Part shown: piece after piece, positions 1-9,406 of the stretch
Position numbering within the stretch: the stretch's first letter is position 1
Layout: every line of letters starts with the position of its first letter
NCBI GenBank assembly: GCA_031459625.1
Contig: JAVKIH010000011.1
Location: 3,010-67,009 of the forward strand
DNA from: Candidatus Geohabitans tengchongensis
Lineage (GTDB): Bacteria > Sysuimicrobiota > Sysuimicrobiia > Sysuimicrobiales > Humicultoraceae
DNA length: 64,000 bases
Direction of reading: 5' to 3'
Program-made: the position numbers and the translations under genes
Notes under the pieces: model-generated
What the model saw: the letters and a program-made list of their open reading frames with translations, nothing else
Database searches by the model: none
Told to the model about the DNA's origin: nothing

Positions 1-481
1 CGGTGCGCCGGGCGCGGGTCTGCAGCGCGCCGGGGTCGGAGCCTGCGGTGGGCTCGGTGAGGCCGAAGCAGCCGATCAGCTCGCCGCGCGCCAGTGGGGG
101 CAGCCAGCGGCGGCGCTGGGCCTCCGTGCCGAAGGTGTAGATGGGGTACATCACCAGGGCCCCCTGCACCGAGGCAAAGGAGCGGATCCCCGAATCGCCC
201 CGCTCCAGCTCCTGGAGGATCAGGCCGTAGGTGATGCTGTCCACACCGGCGGCGCCGTACTCCGCCGGGAGGTTCGCCCCCAGCAGCCCGAGCTCGGCGA
301 GGCGCGGGATAAGGTGGCGGGGGAACTCGCCCCGCAGCCACCACTGCCCCACGTGGGGGAGGACCTCCCGGTCGACGAAGCGGCGGACGGTGTCGCGGGT
401 CAGGCGTTGCTCGTCGGTCAGGAGCTCGTCCAGGAGCAGGAAGTTGTCGACGCGGACGGTCAGCTGCGCGGTCGGCTGCAT
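1..481 (-). CDS. Acyl-CoA dehydrogenase, glutaryl-CoA dehydrogenase-like (N-terminal part, runs off window)
   Basis: Manual translation from ATG 481: [27 protein letters not shown]...[34 protein letters not shown]...[16 protein letters not shown], typical of the GcdH N-terminus. Not in the ORF track because it is truncated. Confidence 0.88.
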   Translation of the reverse strand, partial: MQPTAQLTVRVDNFLLLDELLTDEQRLTRDTVRRFVDREVLPHVGQWWLRGEFPRHLIPRLAELGLLGANLPAEYGAAGVDSITYGLILQELERGDSGIRSFASVQGALVMYPIYTFGTEAQRRRWLPPLARGELIGCFGLTEPTAGSDPGALQTRARRT

Positions 482-490
482 GGCGTCCCG

Positions 491-499
491 ATTGTACCA
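491..499 (-). promoter_or_regulatory. Extended -10 promoter (TG-G-TACAAT) for the acyl-CoA dehydrogenase, probably near-leaderless
   Basis: Minus strand reads TGGTACAAT, then 9 nt, then the ATG; no SD. Flanked by inverted repeat CGTCCCG (484-490)/CGGGACG (502-508). Confidence 0.6.
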
Positions 500-679
500 T
501 CCGGGACGGGCGGACCGGCCCGGGCCGGCGGCCGGAGCGCTGTTCAAGGGACGCTTCCCGGGCACGGCGAACTCCTGCTCCAGGACCCCGTCAGGTGCGA
601 CGTCCTTGAGGAGCCCGGCCGGGACCGGCAGGCGAGCGGCCGCCGAGGGTCGGTGTGCGGGGATGGCAGGGGGGCGCGG

Positions 680-1849
680 ATGAAGGGCCTGGTCGTGGAA
701 GCGCGCTGGGAGCCCCGCGAGGGCTACGTCCCCAGCGCCTGGGAGGTGGAGACGCGCACGGCCATCACCGGCAGCAGCGTCTGGCGCCACCCGCGGGCGG
801 TGCTGCGGGAGGTGCACGATCCCGTCCCCGGACCGAAGGACGTGGTCATCCGCCCGCGGGCCTGCGGCGTCTGCGGCTCCGACGTGCACTTCATCGAGAC
901 GGACGCTCAGGGTTACATGCTCTACCCCGGGCTGACCCGCTTCCCCGTGGTCATCGGCCACGAGTTCTCCGGGGAGGTCGTCGAGGTGGGCAGCGAGGTG
1001 CGCGACCTCGCCCCCGGCGACCTGGTGACCTGCGAGGAGATGATCTGGTGCGGGGAGTGCACCTCCTGCCGCAACTCCTCCCCCAACCAGTGCGAGCGGC
1101 TGGAGGAGATCGGCTTCACCATCCCCGGCGCGCAGGCCGAGTACGTGACCGTGGGGGCCAAGTACTGCTGGAAGATCAACGCGCTGGCCGAGGCCTACGG
1201 CGACCGGGAGCGGGCCTTCGAGGCCGGGGCGCTGTGCGAGCCCGCCAGCGTGGCCTACAACGCCATGTTCACCCGCGCGGGGGGCTTCCGGCCGGGCGGG
1301 TACGTGGCCGTCTTCGGCACCGGCCCCATCGGCTTCGCCGCCATCGCCCTGGCCCGCGCGGCGGGGGCGGGGCGCATCGTGGCCTTCGAGGTCTCGCCGC
1401 TGCGCCAGGAGCTGGCGCGGCGGGTGGGCGCGGACGAGGTCTACGACCCGGTGGCGCTGGAGCGGGCGGGTCTGCGGCCGCGCGACGTCCTCCGCGAGGC
1501 CACGCGCGGGGAGGGAGCCGACATGCTGGTGGAGGCCGCCGGCGCCATGGCCCGCACCGTCCCGGAGATGGAGGCGTCGCTGGCCATCGGCGGCAAGGTG
1601 GTGATCATCGGCCGGGCGGCGGAGCGGGCGCCGATTTACCTGGAACACTTCCAGACGCGCGCCGCCCAGGTCTTCGGGGCGCAGGGGCACTCGGGGTACG
1701 GGAACTTCCCCTACGTCATCCGGCTGATGGCGGCGCGCCGCATCGACCTCACGCCCATCATCACGAGCCGCTTCCCCCTGGCGCAGGCGGAGGCGGCGCT
1801 GGCCCGGGCGATGCGGCGCGAGGACGGCAAGGTGATGATCCGCGCCTGA
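680..1849 (+). CDS. iolM: scyllo-inosose 3-dehydrogenase (Zn-dependent MDR)
   Basis: CGVCGSD, GHEFSG, CGECTSC..C zinc motifs, GTGPIG. Resembles Thermotoga IolM and lies in the same locus as iolN/iolO. Start taken at ATG 680 within ORF 314..1849. Confidence 0.85.
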   Translation: MKGLVVEARWEPREGYVPSAWEVETRTAITGSSVWRHPRAVLREVHDPVPGPKDVVIRPRACGVCGSDVHFIETDAQGYMLYPGLTRFPVVIGHEFSGEVVEVGSEVRDLAPGDLVTCEEMIWCGECTSCRNSSPNQCERLEEIGFTIPGAQAEYVTVGAKYCWKINALAEAYGDRERAFEAGALCEPASVAYNAMFTRAGGFRPGGYVAVFGTGPIGFAAIALARAAGAGRIVAFEVSPLRQELARRVGADEVYDPVALERAGLRPRDVLREATRGEGADMLVEAAGAMARTVPEMEASLAIGGKVVIIGRAAERAPIYLEHFQTRAAQVFGAQGHSGYGNFPYVIRLMAARRIDLTPIITSRFPLAQAEAALARAMRREDGKVMIRA

Positions 1850-1928
1850 AGGCCTCAGCGACGAGGAGGGAGGTGAGAGCGTCATCGAGACCTGAGGCAG
1901 CGATTCCCCCAGGAGGGAGGCGAGCTCG

Positions 1929-2900
1929 ATGAGGCGTTGGGGGATAGTCGCGATCGTGGTCGCGGTGGTCGTGGCGGGCAGCGCCTACGGGATTCGCCTG
2001 GCCGCCGCGCCGCAACAGCTGACATTCTACGTCATCGCCCACACGGGGCCGGGCGACCCCTTCTGGGCGGTCGTCCAGCGCGGCGTGCAGGATGCCGGGA
2101 GGATGCTGGGCGTGCGCGCTATCTTCCAGGGACCACCCCAGCGGGACATCCCGGCCCAGGTGAACATGGCCCGGGCGGCGATCAGTGCCAGGGCCTCCGG
2201 GATCGCCATCTCCGTGAGCGACCCTCCCGCGATCGGCCAGGTCATCCGCGACGCGCGCCGGCGGGGGATCCCGGTGGTCGCCATCAACGTGAAGGAGCCG
2301 GCCGACTACAAGGGCGAGCCGATTCCCTACATGGCCTACATCGGCATGGACGAGTACGAGGCGGGCAAGAACGTCGCCCGGTTCGTGCTGCCCAAGATCC
2401 CCCAGGGCGCGACCGTGCTGATCGCCATGCACGAACCGGGGCACGTCGGTCTGGAGGCGCGGGCCCGCGGCATCCGCGAGGTCCTCACGGCGGAGCGCCA
2501 GGCCAAGGTGGAGGTCCTGGACACCACCCAGGACCCGACCAAGGCACTGGCGACCATGCGCGCGTTCCTCAAGGCCAACCCGAACACCAAAGCCCTGTTC
2601 ACGCTCGGCCCCCTGGGCGCCATTCCGGCGATCCGGATGATCCGGGAGGACCGCCTGGGCGGGAAGATCGTCATGGCCTCGTTTGACCTGGATGCCACTA
2701 CCATCCAGGCCATCAAGGAGGGTCTGGTCGAAGCCACCGTCGACCAGCAGCAGTACCTGCAGGGGTTCATCTCGGTGGTCCAGCTCTACCTCTACAGCAA
2801 GTACGGCCTGCAGCCGGCGGACTACAACACGGGGCGCGGCCTCGTGACGAAGGCGACGGCGGCTGCGGTGGAGTCGCTGGTCAAGCAAGGGTACAGGTGA
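1929..2900 (+). CDS. Sugar/polyol (probably inositol) ABC transporter substrate-binding protein, RbsB-like
   Basis: Signal peptide; DPFWAVVQRG, YIGMDEYEAG, SFDL, DQQQYLQG; SD upstream. Confidence 0.9.
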   Translation: MRRWGIVAIVVAVVVAGSAYGIRLAAAPQQLTFYVIAHTGPGDPFWAVVQRGVQDAGRMLGVRAIFQGPPQRDIPAQVNMARAAISARASGIAISVSDPPAIGQVIRDARRRGIPVVAINVKEPADYKGEPIPYMAYIGMDEYEAGKNVARFVLPKIPQGATVLIAMHEPGHVGLEARARGIREVLTAERQAKVEVLDTTQDPTKALATMRAFLKANPNTKALFTLGPLGAIPAIRMIREDRLGGKIVMASFDLDATTIQAIKEGLVEATVDQQQYLQGFISVVQLYLYSKYGLQPADYNTGRGLVTKATAAAVESLVKQGYR

Positions 2901-3979
2901 GCGATGCCCGGGGTGGGCCCGTCCCACCCCGGGCGGGGTCGGCCGGGGTGATGGAGAGGCGGGCGACGTCGGGAGGGTCCGAGGTGCCGGCGGTCCGGGC
3001 GATGCCCGTGCCGCGCGTCGAGTGGCGGCGGCTGTTCGCCATGCGCGAGCTGGGCGTGCTGGTCGCCCTCCTGGCGCTCGTGGCGGTCTTCAGCCTGCTC
3101 CAGCCGGCGTTCCTCACCCTCGACACCTTCGGGGACATCCTCACCCAGGCGGCGGAACTGGGCGTGGCCGCCGTCGGCGTGACCTTCCTGATGATTGCCG
3201 GGGAGTTCGACCTCTCCGTGGGGTCGAACTTCGCCTTCACCGGGGTGGTGCTGGCGCTCCTGGTGACGCGAGCGGCCCTGCCCGCGGCCTTCGCGGTCCT
3301 GCTGGCCCTCCTGGTGGCGGCCACCATCGGGCTCCTCAACGGAGTGGTGACCCTGGCGACGCGGATCCCGTCGTTCATCACCACGCTCGGGACGATGATG
3401 CTGTGGCGCGGCCTGGCGCTGGCCATCACGGGGGGATGGCCTATCAGCATCCTCACCGCCTCGACGCTCCTGGAGGTCCTGGGCGGTAAGGTCATCTGGA
3501 GCACCCTGCGTATCTCTGCGGTGTGGCTGCTCGTGGTCACGGTGGCGTTTTGGTTCCTCCTGGGCAAGACCCGCTACGGCAACTGGGTCTTTGCCACCGG
3601 CGGGAAGCGGGAAGCCGCCCGGGCCCTGGGCGTGCCGGTTCGCCGGGTGAAGCTGATCAACTTCACGCTGGCCGGGGTGCTGGCAGGCGCGGCAGGATTC
3701 CTGCAGTTCGGCCGGATGCGGTCGATGTCCCCCGTGTGGGGAGATGCGCTGGCGCTGGAGGCGATTGCGGCCGCGGTCATCGGGGGGACGTCCCTGATGG
3801 GCGGATCCGGGACGATCCTGGGGACCGTCCTCGGCGCCGTCACGATGGCGGCCATCCGGGTAGGGCTCGTCATGGTGGGTGCTCCGTCGTACTGGTATAC
3901 CGCCTTCCTGGGCGTCGTCGTCGTGCTCGCCGTCATCCTGAACGTCACGTTCGAGGAGCTGGTCAGATGGCGGCGGTAA
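2897..3979 (+). CDS. Sugar ABC transporter permease (RbsC-like)
   Basis: GEFDLSVGS, PSFITTLG, LEAIAAAVIGGTSLMGGSG. Start uncertain (2897/2951/3002). Confidence 0.92.
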   Translation: MSDARGGPVPPRAGSAGVMERRATSGGSEVPAVRAMPVPRVEWRRLFAMRELGVLVALLALVAVFSLLQPAFLTLDTFGDILTQAAELGVAAVGVTFLMIAGEFDLSVGSNFAFTGVVLALLVTRAALPAAFAVLLALLVAATIGLLNGVVTLATRIPSFITTLGTMMLWRGLALAITGGWPISILTASTLLEVLGGKVIWSTLRISAVWLLVVTVAFWFLLGKTRYGNWVFATGGKREAARALGVPVRRVKLINFTLAGVLAGAAGFLQFGRMRSMSPVWGDALALEAIAAAVIGGTSLMGGSGTILGTVLGAVTMAAIRVGLVMVGAPSYWYTAFLGVVVVLAVILNVTFEELVRWRR

Positions 3980-4746
3980 CCTCTCCCCCGCATCCCCTGC
4001 TGGAAGCCCGCGGGATTGCCAAGGCCTTTGGCCACATCCAGGCCCTGGCGGGGGTCGACTTCCACGTGGGCTACCGGGAGGTCGTGGGATTGGTCGGCGA
4101 CAACGGCGCGGGGAAGTCGACGCTGATCAAGATCCTCACCGGCGTGTACCCGCCGGATGCGGGGCAGCTGTTCTTCGAGGGGCGGCCGATCACGCTGGCG
4201 TCCCCCCAGGACGCCCGGGCACTGGGGATCGAGACCGTCTACCAGGACCTCGCCCTGGTGGAGCAGATGAGCATCGCCCGCAACTTCTTCCTCGGCCGTG
4301 AGCCCGTGCACCGGATCGGGCCCCTCACCGTGCTGGACACCGGCACGATGCACCGGGTGACCGAGCGGGTGTTGCGGGAGATCGGCATCACCACCCTGCG
4401 GTCGTCCGCGCAGGACGTGGGCGTGCTCTCGGGCGGTGAACGCCAGGCCATCGCCATCGGCCGAACGATGCACTTTGGGGCCAGGCTCATCATCCTGGAC
4501 GAGCCCACCTCCGCGCTGTCCGTGAAGGAGACCCAGAAGGTGCTGGACTACATCGAGGAGGCCCGGCGGCGCGGCCTCTCGGTGATCTTCATCACCCACA
4601 ACCTCTACCACGTCTATCCGGTGTCCGACCGGATCGTGGTGCTGGACCACGGGCGCAAGGTGGGAGATTTCCGACGCCAGGAGGTCTCCATCGAGGACCT
4701 GGTCGCGTTGATTACCCTCCCAGGCGCGGCGTCCGCCCGTGCGTGA
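3967..4746 (+). CDS. Sugar ABC transporter ATP-binding protein (single domain)
   Basis: GDNGAGKS, LSGGERQ, ILDEPT. Start ATG 3967 in ORF 3523..4746. Confidence 0.92.
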   Translation: MAAVTSPPHPLLEARGIAKAFGHIQALAGVDFHVGYREVVGLVGDNGAGKSTLIKILTGVYPPDAGQLFFEGRPITLASPQDARALGIETVYQDLALVEQMSIARNFFLGREPVHRIGPLTVLDTGTMHRVTERVLREIGITTLRSSAQDVGVLSGGERQAIAIGRTMHFGARLIILDEPTSALSVKETQKVLDYIEEARRRGLSVIFITHNLYHVYPVSDRIVVLDHGRKVGDFRRQEVSIEDLVALITLPGAASARA

Positions 4747-5551
4747 CCGCCCCGCGGGGGCGCTCTGCCCGTGCCTGGACGCCCTGTGTGCCGGCCTGCC
4801 CGCCGAGTCGGCGCTGGCCTTTCTGGCGGAGGAGGGGTTCCGCGCCGTGGAGTTCTGGGACTGGCGCGGGCGGGACATCGACCGGCTGGCCCGCCAGGCC
4901 GGTGCGCTCGGGCTGGAGGTGGTGGCCATCAGCGGCACGACCTTCGAGGAGCCCCTGCTCGACCCCGCCGGCCACGAGGCGGCCCTGGCCCACCTGCGCC
5001 GGTCGCTGGAGGTGGCGGAGCGCCTGGGGACGCGGCTGCTGGTGGTGCACGTGGGGTACGCTCAGTCCCACCGGTCTCGCGCCTCCCAGTGGGAGGCGGC
5101 GGTGACGGGCTTGCGGCGGGCCGCCGAGCTGGCCCGGGCGGCCGGGGTCACGCTCCTCGTGGAGCCGCTGAACTCCCTCGTGGACCATCCGGCCTACTTC
5201 CTGGACACGCTCCCCGATGCCCTGGCGATGCTGGAGGCCGTCGACCACCCGGCGGTCGGGCTGCTGCTCGATGTCTACCACATGTGGATCATGCACGACG
5301 ACCTGCTGCACCGGCTGGAGGGGGTAGTTCGTCGGACGGCACACGTGCACGTCGCCGATGTGCCCGGGCGGGGCGAGCCGGGCAGCGGGGTGATCCCCTG
5401 GCGCGAGATGCTCCGGCGTCTGGAGGACGGCGGCTACCGCGGGGCCCTGGGCCTGGAGTGCTGGCCCACGGGCTCGCTGGTCGCGGCGCTGCGCCGGGCC
5501 CGTCAGGTGCTCGAACCGCGCGACGGCCGGGCCATGGGGGCGTGGCGGTGA
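4739..5551 (+). CDS. Hydroxypyruvate isomerase-like TIM-barrel sugar isomerase/epimerase
   Basis: AVEFWDW, LLVEPLNSLVDHP, LLDVYHM, HVADVPGRGEPGSG, GLEC. Confidence 0.85.
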   Translation: MRDRPAGALCPCLDALCAGLPAESALAFLAEEGFRAVEFWDWRGRDIDRLARQAGALGLEVVAISGTTFEEPLLDPAGHEAALAHLRRSLEVAERLGTRLLVVHVGYAQSHRSRASQWEAAVTGLRRAAELARAAGVTLLVEPLNSLVDHPAYFLDTLPDALAMLEAVDHPAVGLLLDVYHMWIMHDDLLHRLEGVVRRTAHVHVADVPGRGEPGSGVIPWREMLRRLEDGGYRGALGLECWPTGSLVAALRRARQVLEPRDGRAMGAWR

Positions 5552-6420
5552 ACCGCTTCGCCCTGAACAGCGCCACCACCGGGCCCGCCGACCTCCTCAC
5601 CGACCTGCGCGTGGCGGCCGCGGCCGGCTTTGGTGCGCTGGAGCTGCGCGACACCAAGCTCGAGGCCTACCTGGCCGGAGGCGGCACCCTGGACGCCCTG
5701 GCGGAGGCCTTCCGCGCGGCCGGCGTGCGGCCGCTCAGCGTGAACGCGCTCGAGCGGGCCACCCTCGTCACCGGGGCGGCCCGTCGCGCCGTGCTGGGGC
5801 GGTGCGCCACGCTGTGCGCCTGGGCCGCCGCGCTGGGAGCGCCCTACGTCGTGGCCGTGCCCGGCCCGCGGGCCGAGGCGGCCGGGGTGGGCGAGGTGGC
5901 CCCGCTGACCGTGGAGATGCTGCGGGCGCTCGCGGCCGTGGCCGCCGAGCACGGCGTGCAGCTGGCCTTCGAGTTCCTCGGCCCGGCCACGAGCTCGGTG
6001 CGCACGCTGGCGGAGGCGCGGACGGTGGTGGAGGCGGTGGGCGACCCGCCGGTGGGGCTGGTGCTGGACGCCTTCCACTTCCACGTCGGCGGCTCCACCC
6101 TGGAGATGCTGGACGGCCTCGACCCGGGGCGCCTGGCCATCGTCCACCTGGACGACGCCGAGGATCGGCCGCGCGAGCGGCTGGAGGACGCGCACCGGCT
6201 CCTGCCGGGAGAGGGGGTGATCCCCCTGCGGCCGCTGGTGGCGCGCCTGGAGGCGCTGGGCTACCGCGGCGCCTACTCGGTCGAACTCTTCCGGCCGGCA
6301 TACTGGACCTGGGACCCGCTGCGCCTGGCGCGCGCGGCGCGCGCCTCGCTGGAGGCGCTCTTCGCCGGACGGGAGCCCGGCGTGGCGGGGCATCCGCAGA
6401 GAGGTGCGCCGTCGCCGTGA
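5548..6420 (+). CDS. iolI: Inosose isomerase (2-keto-myo-inositol isomerase)
   Basis: LNSATT, LSVNAL, YVVAVP, AFEFLG, GLVLDAFHFH, HLDDAED, SVELFRPAYW, collinear with recalled B. subtilis IolI. Start GTG 5548. Confidence 0.78.
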   Translation: MNRFALNSATTGPADLLTDLRVAAAAGFGALELRDTKLEAYLAGGGTLDALAEAFRAAGVRPLSVNALERATLVTGAARRAVLGRCATLCAWAAALGAPYVVAVPGPRAEAAGVGEVAPLTVEMLRALAAVAAEHGVQLAFEFLGPATSSVRTLAEARTVVEAVGDPPVGLVLDAFHFHVGGSTLEMLDGLDPGRLAIVHLDDAEDRPRERLEDAHRLLPGEGVIPLRPLVARLEALGYRGAYSVELFRPAYWTWDPLRLARAARASLEALFAGREPGVAGHPQRGAPSP

Positions 6421-6448
6421 ACCGACGGCAGGGAGGTGGGGCGTCGAC

Positions 6449-7495
6449 GTGAGCGTGCGGGTGGGCATCCTGGGTGCGGGGTTCATCGGGCGCATCCACG
6501 CCCTCGACCTCAGGCGCGATCCGCGCGTCACGCTGGTGGGGGTGGCGGACGTCGTCCCGCAGGCCGCCACCCGGCTGGCCGCGGAGGTGGAGACCGCCGC
6601 CTGCGCCTCGCTGGCCGAGCTGCTGGACCGCGGCGCCGAGGCGGTCTACGTCTGCACGCCCAACGTCCAGCACGTCGAGCCCGTGGTGACGGCCCTTCGC
6701 GCCGGGGTGCACGTCTTCAGCGAGAAGCCCATGGCCACGTCCCTGGCCGACGCCTGGACGATCCGCGAGGCGGCGCGCCGCTCCCGGGCGGTCTACCAGC
6801 TCGGCTTCAACCGCCGCTTCGCCCGCGTCTACCGCTTCGTGCGCCGCCTCATCGACGAGGGGCGCCTCCACCCGGTGCTGGGACAGCTCAAGCACAACCG
6901 CGGGGAGCTGCAGCAGCCGCCCTGGACGGGCGACCCGGCGGTGACCGGCGGCTACCTGTACGAGACGCCGGTGCACCTCTTCGACATGGCCCGCTTCCTC
7001 CTGGGCGACGTCGCCGACGTCCAGGGGGTGGCCCGCCAGACCGTCTACCGGGAGCTGGACGGCTTCGTCCTGCTCTTCCGCTTCCGCAACGGGGCCGCCG
7101 CCAGCGTGACCTCGGTGGCGCACACCTCCTGGTTCTTCCCCTACGAGCGGGTGGAGCTGTACGGTCCGCACCAGACGGCGGTCACGGAGGAGCTGGAGCG
7201 CGCCTGGTTCAGCCCGGGGGTCCGCGAACAGGTCGAGGGCATCGACTGCTTCCAGATGCCCTTCGAGGAGAAGTGGGGCTACGTGGAGGAAGACCGCTGC
7301 TTCATCGACGCGGTGCTGGGCGAGGCTCCGCCGCCCGTCACCGCGGAGGACGGCTACCGGGCCACCGAGCTGGTGGAGGCCGTCTACCGGGCGGTGCGCA
7401 CGGGACAGCCCGTCACGCTGCCGCTCCCCGAGCCCGGTGGCTCCCCTGCACCGGCAGAACCCGGCGAGACGGGCTCGGGCCGCCGACCGGTGTGA
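6449..7495 (+). CDS. Gfo/Idh/MocA oxidoreductase, probable inositol dehydrogenase
   Basis: GAGFIG, SEKPMA, GFNRRF. SD GGAGGTG upstream of GTG 6449; inositol context. Confidence 0.85.
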   Translation: MSVRVGILGAGFIGRIHALDLRRDPRVTLVGVADVVPQAATRLAAEVETAACASLAELLDRGAEAVYVCTPNVQHVEPVVTALRAGVHVFSEKPMATSLADAWTIREAARRSRAVYQLGFNRRFARVYRFVRRLIDEGRLHPVLGQLKHNRGELQQPPWTGDPAVTGGYLYETPVHLFDMARFLLGDVADVQGVARQTVYRELDGFVLLFRFRNGAAASVTSVAHTSWFFPYERVELYGPHQTAVTEELERAWFSPGVREQVEGIDCFQMPFEEKWGYVEEDRCFIDAVLGEAPPPVTAEDGYRATELVEAVYRAVRTGQPVTLPLPEPGGSPAPAEPGETGSGRRPV

Positions 7496-7505
7496 CCGCG
7501 CGCCC

Positions 7506-8330
7506 ATGACCACCCCCGGCCCGATCCGCCTCATTGTCACCGACATCGACGGGACGCTCACGACGACGGCGCAGGAGATCACGCCCCGCGTGCGGCAGGC
7601 GGTGGCGGCGGCACGGGCGCGCGGCGTGCCCACCTGTGTGGCCACCGGCCGGGCCTGGCGCTCCGGTCGCCGCTACATCGAGGCCCTCCCTGCCGACCCC
7701 CCGGCCATCCTCTTCAACGGCGGGATGGTCTACGACTTCAGCCGGGACCGCGTGCTCTTCCGGCAGGGGATGGACCCCGAGCTGGCGCTGGTGGTGGTCG
7801 AGGCCCTCGACGCCCACCCCGACCTGGCCGCCCACCTCTACGTGGGCGACCGGATCTACGTGCGTCGGTGGACGCCGCTCGTGGCCGCCACCGCCCTCCA
7901 CGACCACCTCGACCCCGAAGCGGTGGGCGACCTGCGCACCGTCCTCCCCCGCGACCGCGCCGCGCCGATCATGAAGTTCCGCATCCTGGGCCCGCGGGAG
8001 GAGCTGGAGGCCCTGGCCGAGGCGCTCGGACGGACAGACCCCGTGAACTACGTCTTCTCCGAGACCACGTCCCTGGAAGTGCTCCCGCCGGGCGTCTCCA
8101 AGGGGACGGCGCTGCGGGTGGTGGCGGAGCACCTGGGGGTGGACCTGGAGGCGGTGATGGCGGTGGGGGACGAATGGAACGACCTGACGATGCTCCAGGC
8201 GGCCGGATGGGGCGTGGCCATGGCGGACGCGCCCGAGCCGGTGCGCCGGGCTGCCCGCGTGGTGGCGCCGACGAGCGACGCCGACGGACTGGCAGTGGTG
8301 ATCGAGCGGTACGTCCTGGACGGCCGCTGA
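7506..8330 (+). CDS. Cof-type HAD phosphatase
   Basis: DIDGTL, ATGR, SKG, GDEWNDLTML. Confidence 0.92.
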   Translation: MTTPGPIRLIVTDIDGTLTTTAQEITPRVRQAVAAARARGVPTCVATGRAWRSGRRYIEALPADPPAILFNGGMVYDFSRDRVLFRQGMDPELALVVVEALDAHPDLAAHLYVGDRIYVRRWTPLVAATALHDHLDPEAVGDLRTVLPRDRAAPIMKFRILGPREELEALAEALGRTDPVNYVFSETTSLEVLPPGVSKGTALRVVAEHLGVDLEAVMAVGDEWNDLTMLQAAGWGVAMADAPEPVRRAARVVAPTSDADGLAVVIERYVLDGR

Positions 8331-8367
8331 GCGGGACAGACGTGTGCACACCAGGGAGGGGAGAGGG

Positions 8368-9396
8368 ATGGGCAGGACGGCTGTGATCGGCCTGATCGTG
8401 ATGCTGGCGGCGCTCGCGCTCCCGGGACTCCCCGGCGCGAGCGCCCAGGGCGGGCGCATCGTGGTCTACTCGGCGCTGCCGGACCTGGAGACCTCGCTGA
8501 TCAACCGGGAGTTCACCCGCCGCACCGGGATCCAGGTGGAGGCGCTCAGCGTCGCCGCGGCGGGGACCCTCCAGGCGCGCATCCGGGCGGAGAAGGACCG
8601 GCCGCGCGCCGACATCTTCGTGGGCGGGTCGGCCGACTTCCACGCCCCGCTGGCGCGGGAGGGGCTCCTGCTGGCCTACCGGTCGCCGGTCTTCACCGAG
8701 GCGCGCATCAGCCCCACCTACCGCGACCCCAACGGGTACTGGCACGGCTGGTACCTGGGGGCGCTGGCCATCATCATCAACACCGACCGCTGGGAGCGGG
8801 AGATGGCCCCGCGGCGCATCCCCAAGCCGGCCACCTGGGACGACCTGGCCCGGCCGGAGTTCCGGGGTCAGTTCATCATGCCGAGCCCCATCACCACCGG
8901 GGGCGGCTACATCTTCGTGGCGGCGCAGATCTTCCGCCTGGGGGAGGAGCGGGCCTGGGCCTTCCTGCGCACCCTCAACGGCAACGTGGCCCAGTACACG
9001 CCCACGGCCCCCGGGACGATCACCCTGCTGGAGCGCGGTGAGGCCGTCGTGGGGATGATGTGGGCGCACGAGGGAATCGGCGCGCGCATCCTGCGCAGCG
9101 CCCCGCTGGAGGTGACGGTGCCGCCGGACACCGCCTTCGAGATCGGTGCCGTCTCCATCCTGCGCGGCGGGCCCAACCCGGCCGGCGCCCGCGCGTACGT
9201 GGACTTCCTGCTGACGCGCCTGCCGCAGGACATCAACGCCAAGTTCGGCTTCCGCTACCCCGTGCGCGGCGACGTGCCGGTGCCGCTGGGCGCCACGCCC
9301 TTCGAGCAGCTGAAGTTCGTCCGCTACGACCGCGACTGGGCGGTGGAGCACCAGGCGCGCATCCGCGAGCGGTGGACCCGCGAGATCGGTCGCTGA
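8368..9396 (+). CDS. ABC substrate-binding protein, FbpA/AfuA family
   Basis: Signal peptide; RIRAEKDRPRADIFVGG, PATWDDL, MPSPITTGGGY. Confidence 0.88.
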   Translation: MGRTAVIGLIVMLAALALPGLPGASAQGGRIVVYSALPDLETSLINREFTRRTGIQVEALSVAAAGTLQARIRAEKDRPRADIFVGGSADFHAPLAREGLLLAYRSPVFTEARISPTYRDPNGYWHGWYLGALAIIINTDRWEREMAPRRIPKPATWDDLARPEFRGQFIMPSPITTGGGYIFVAAQIFRLGEERAWAFLRTLNGNVAQYTPTAPGTITLLERGEAVVGMMWAHEGIGARILRSAPLEVTVPPDTAFEIGAVSILRGGPNPAGARAYVDFLLTRLPQDINAKFGFRYPVRGDVPVPLGATPFEQLKFVRYDRDWAVEHQARIRERWTREIGR

Positions 9397-9406
9397 GCAG
9401 GAACCG

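Noticed and set aside
1850..1928. Riboswitch or terminator between iolM and the binding-protein gene
   Set aside because: Inverted repeat GCCTCAG/CTGAGGC is present, but there is no U-tract and no recognisable aptamer.
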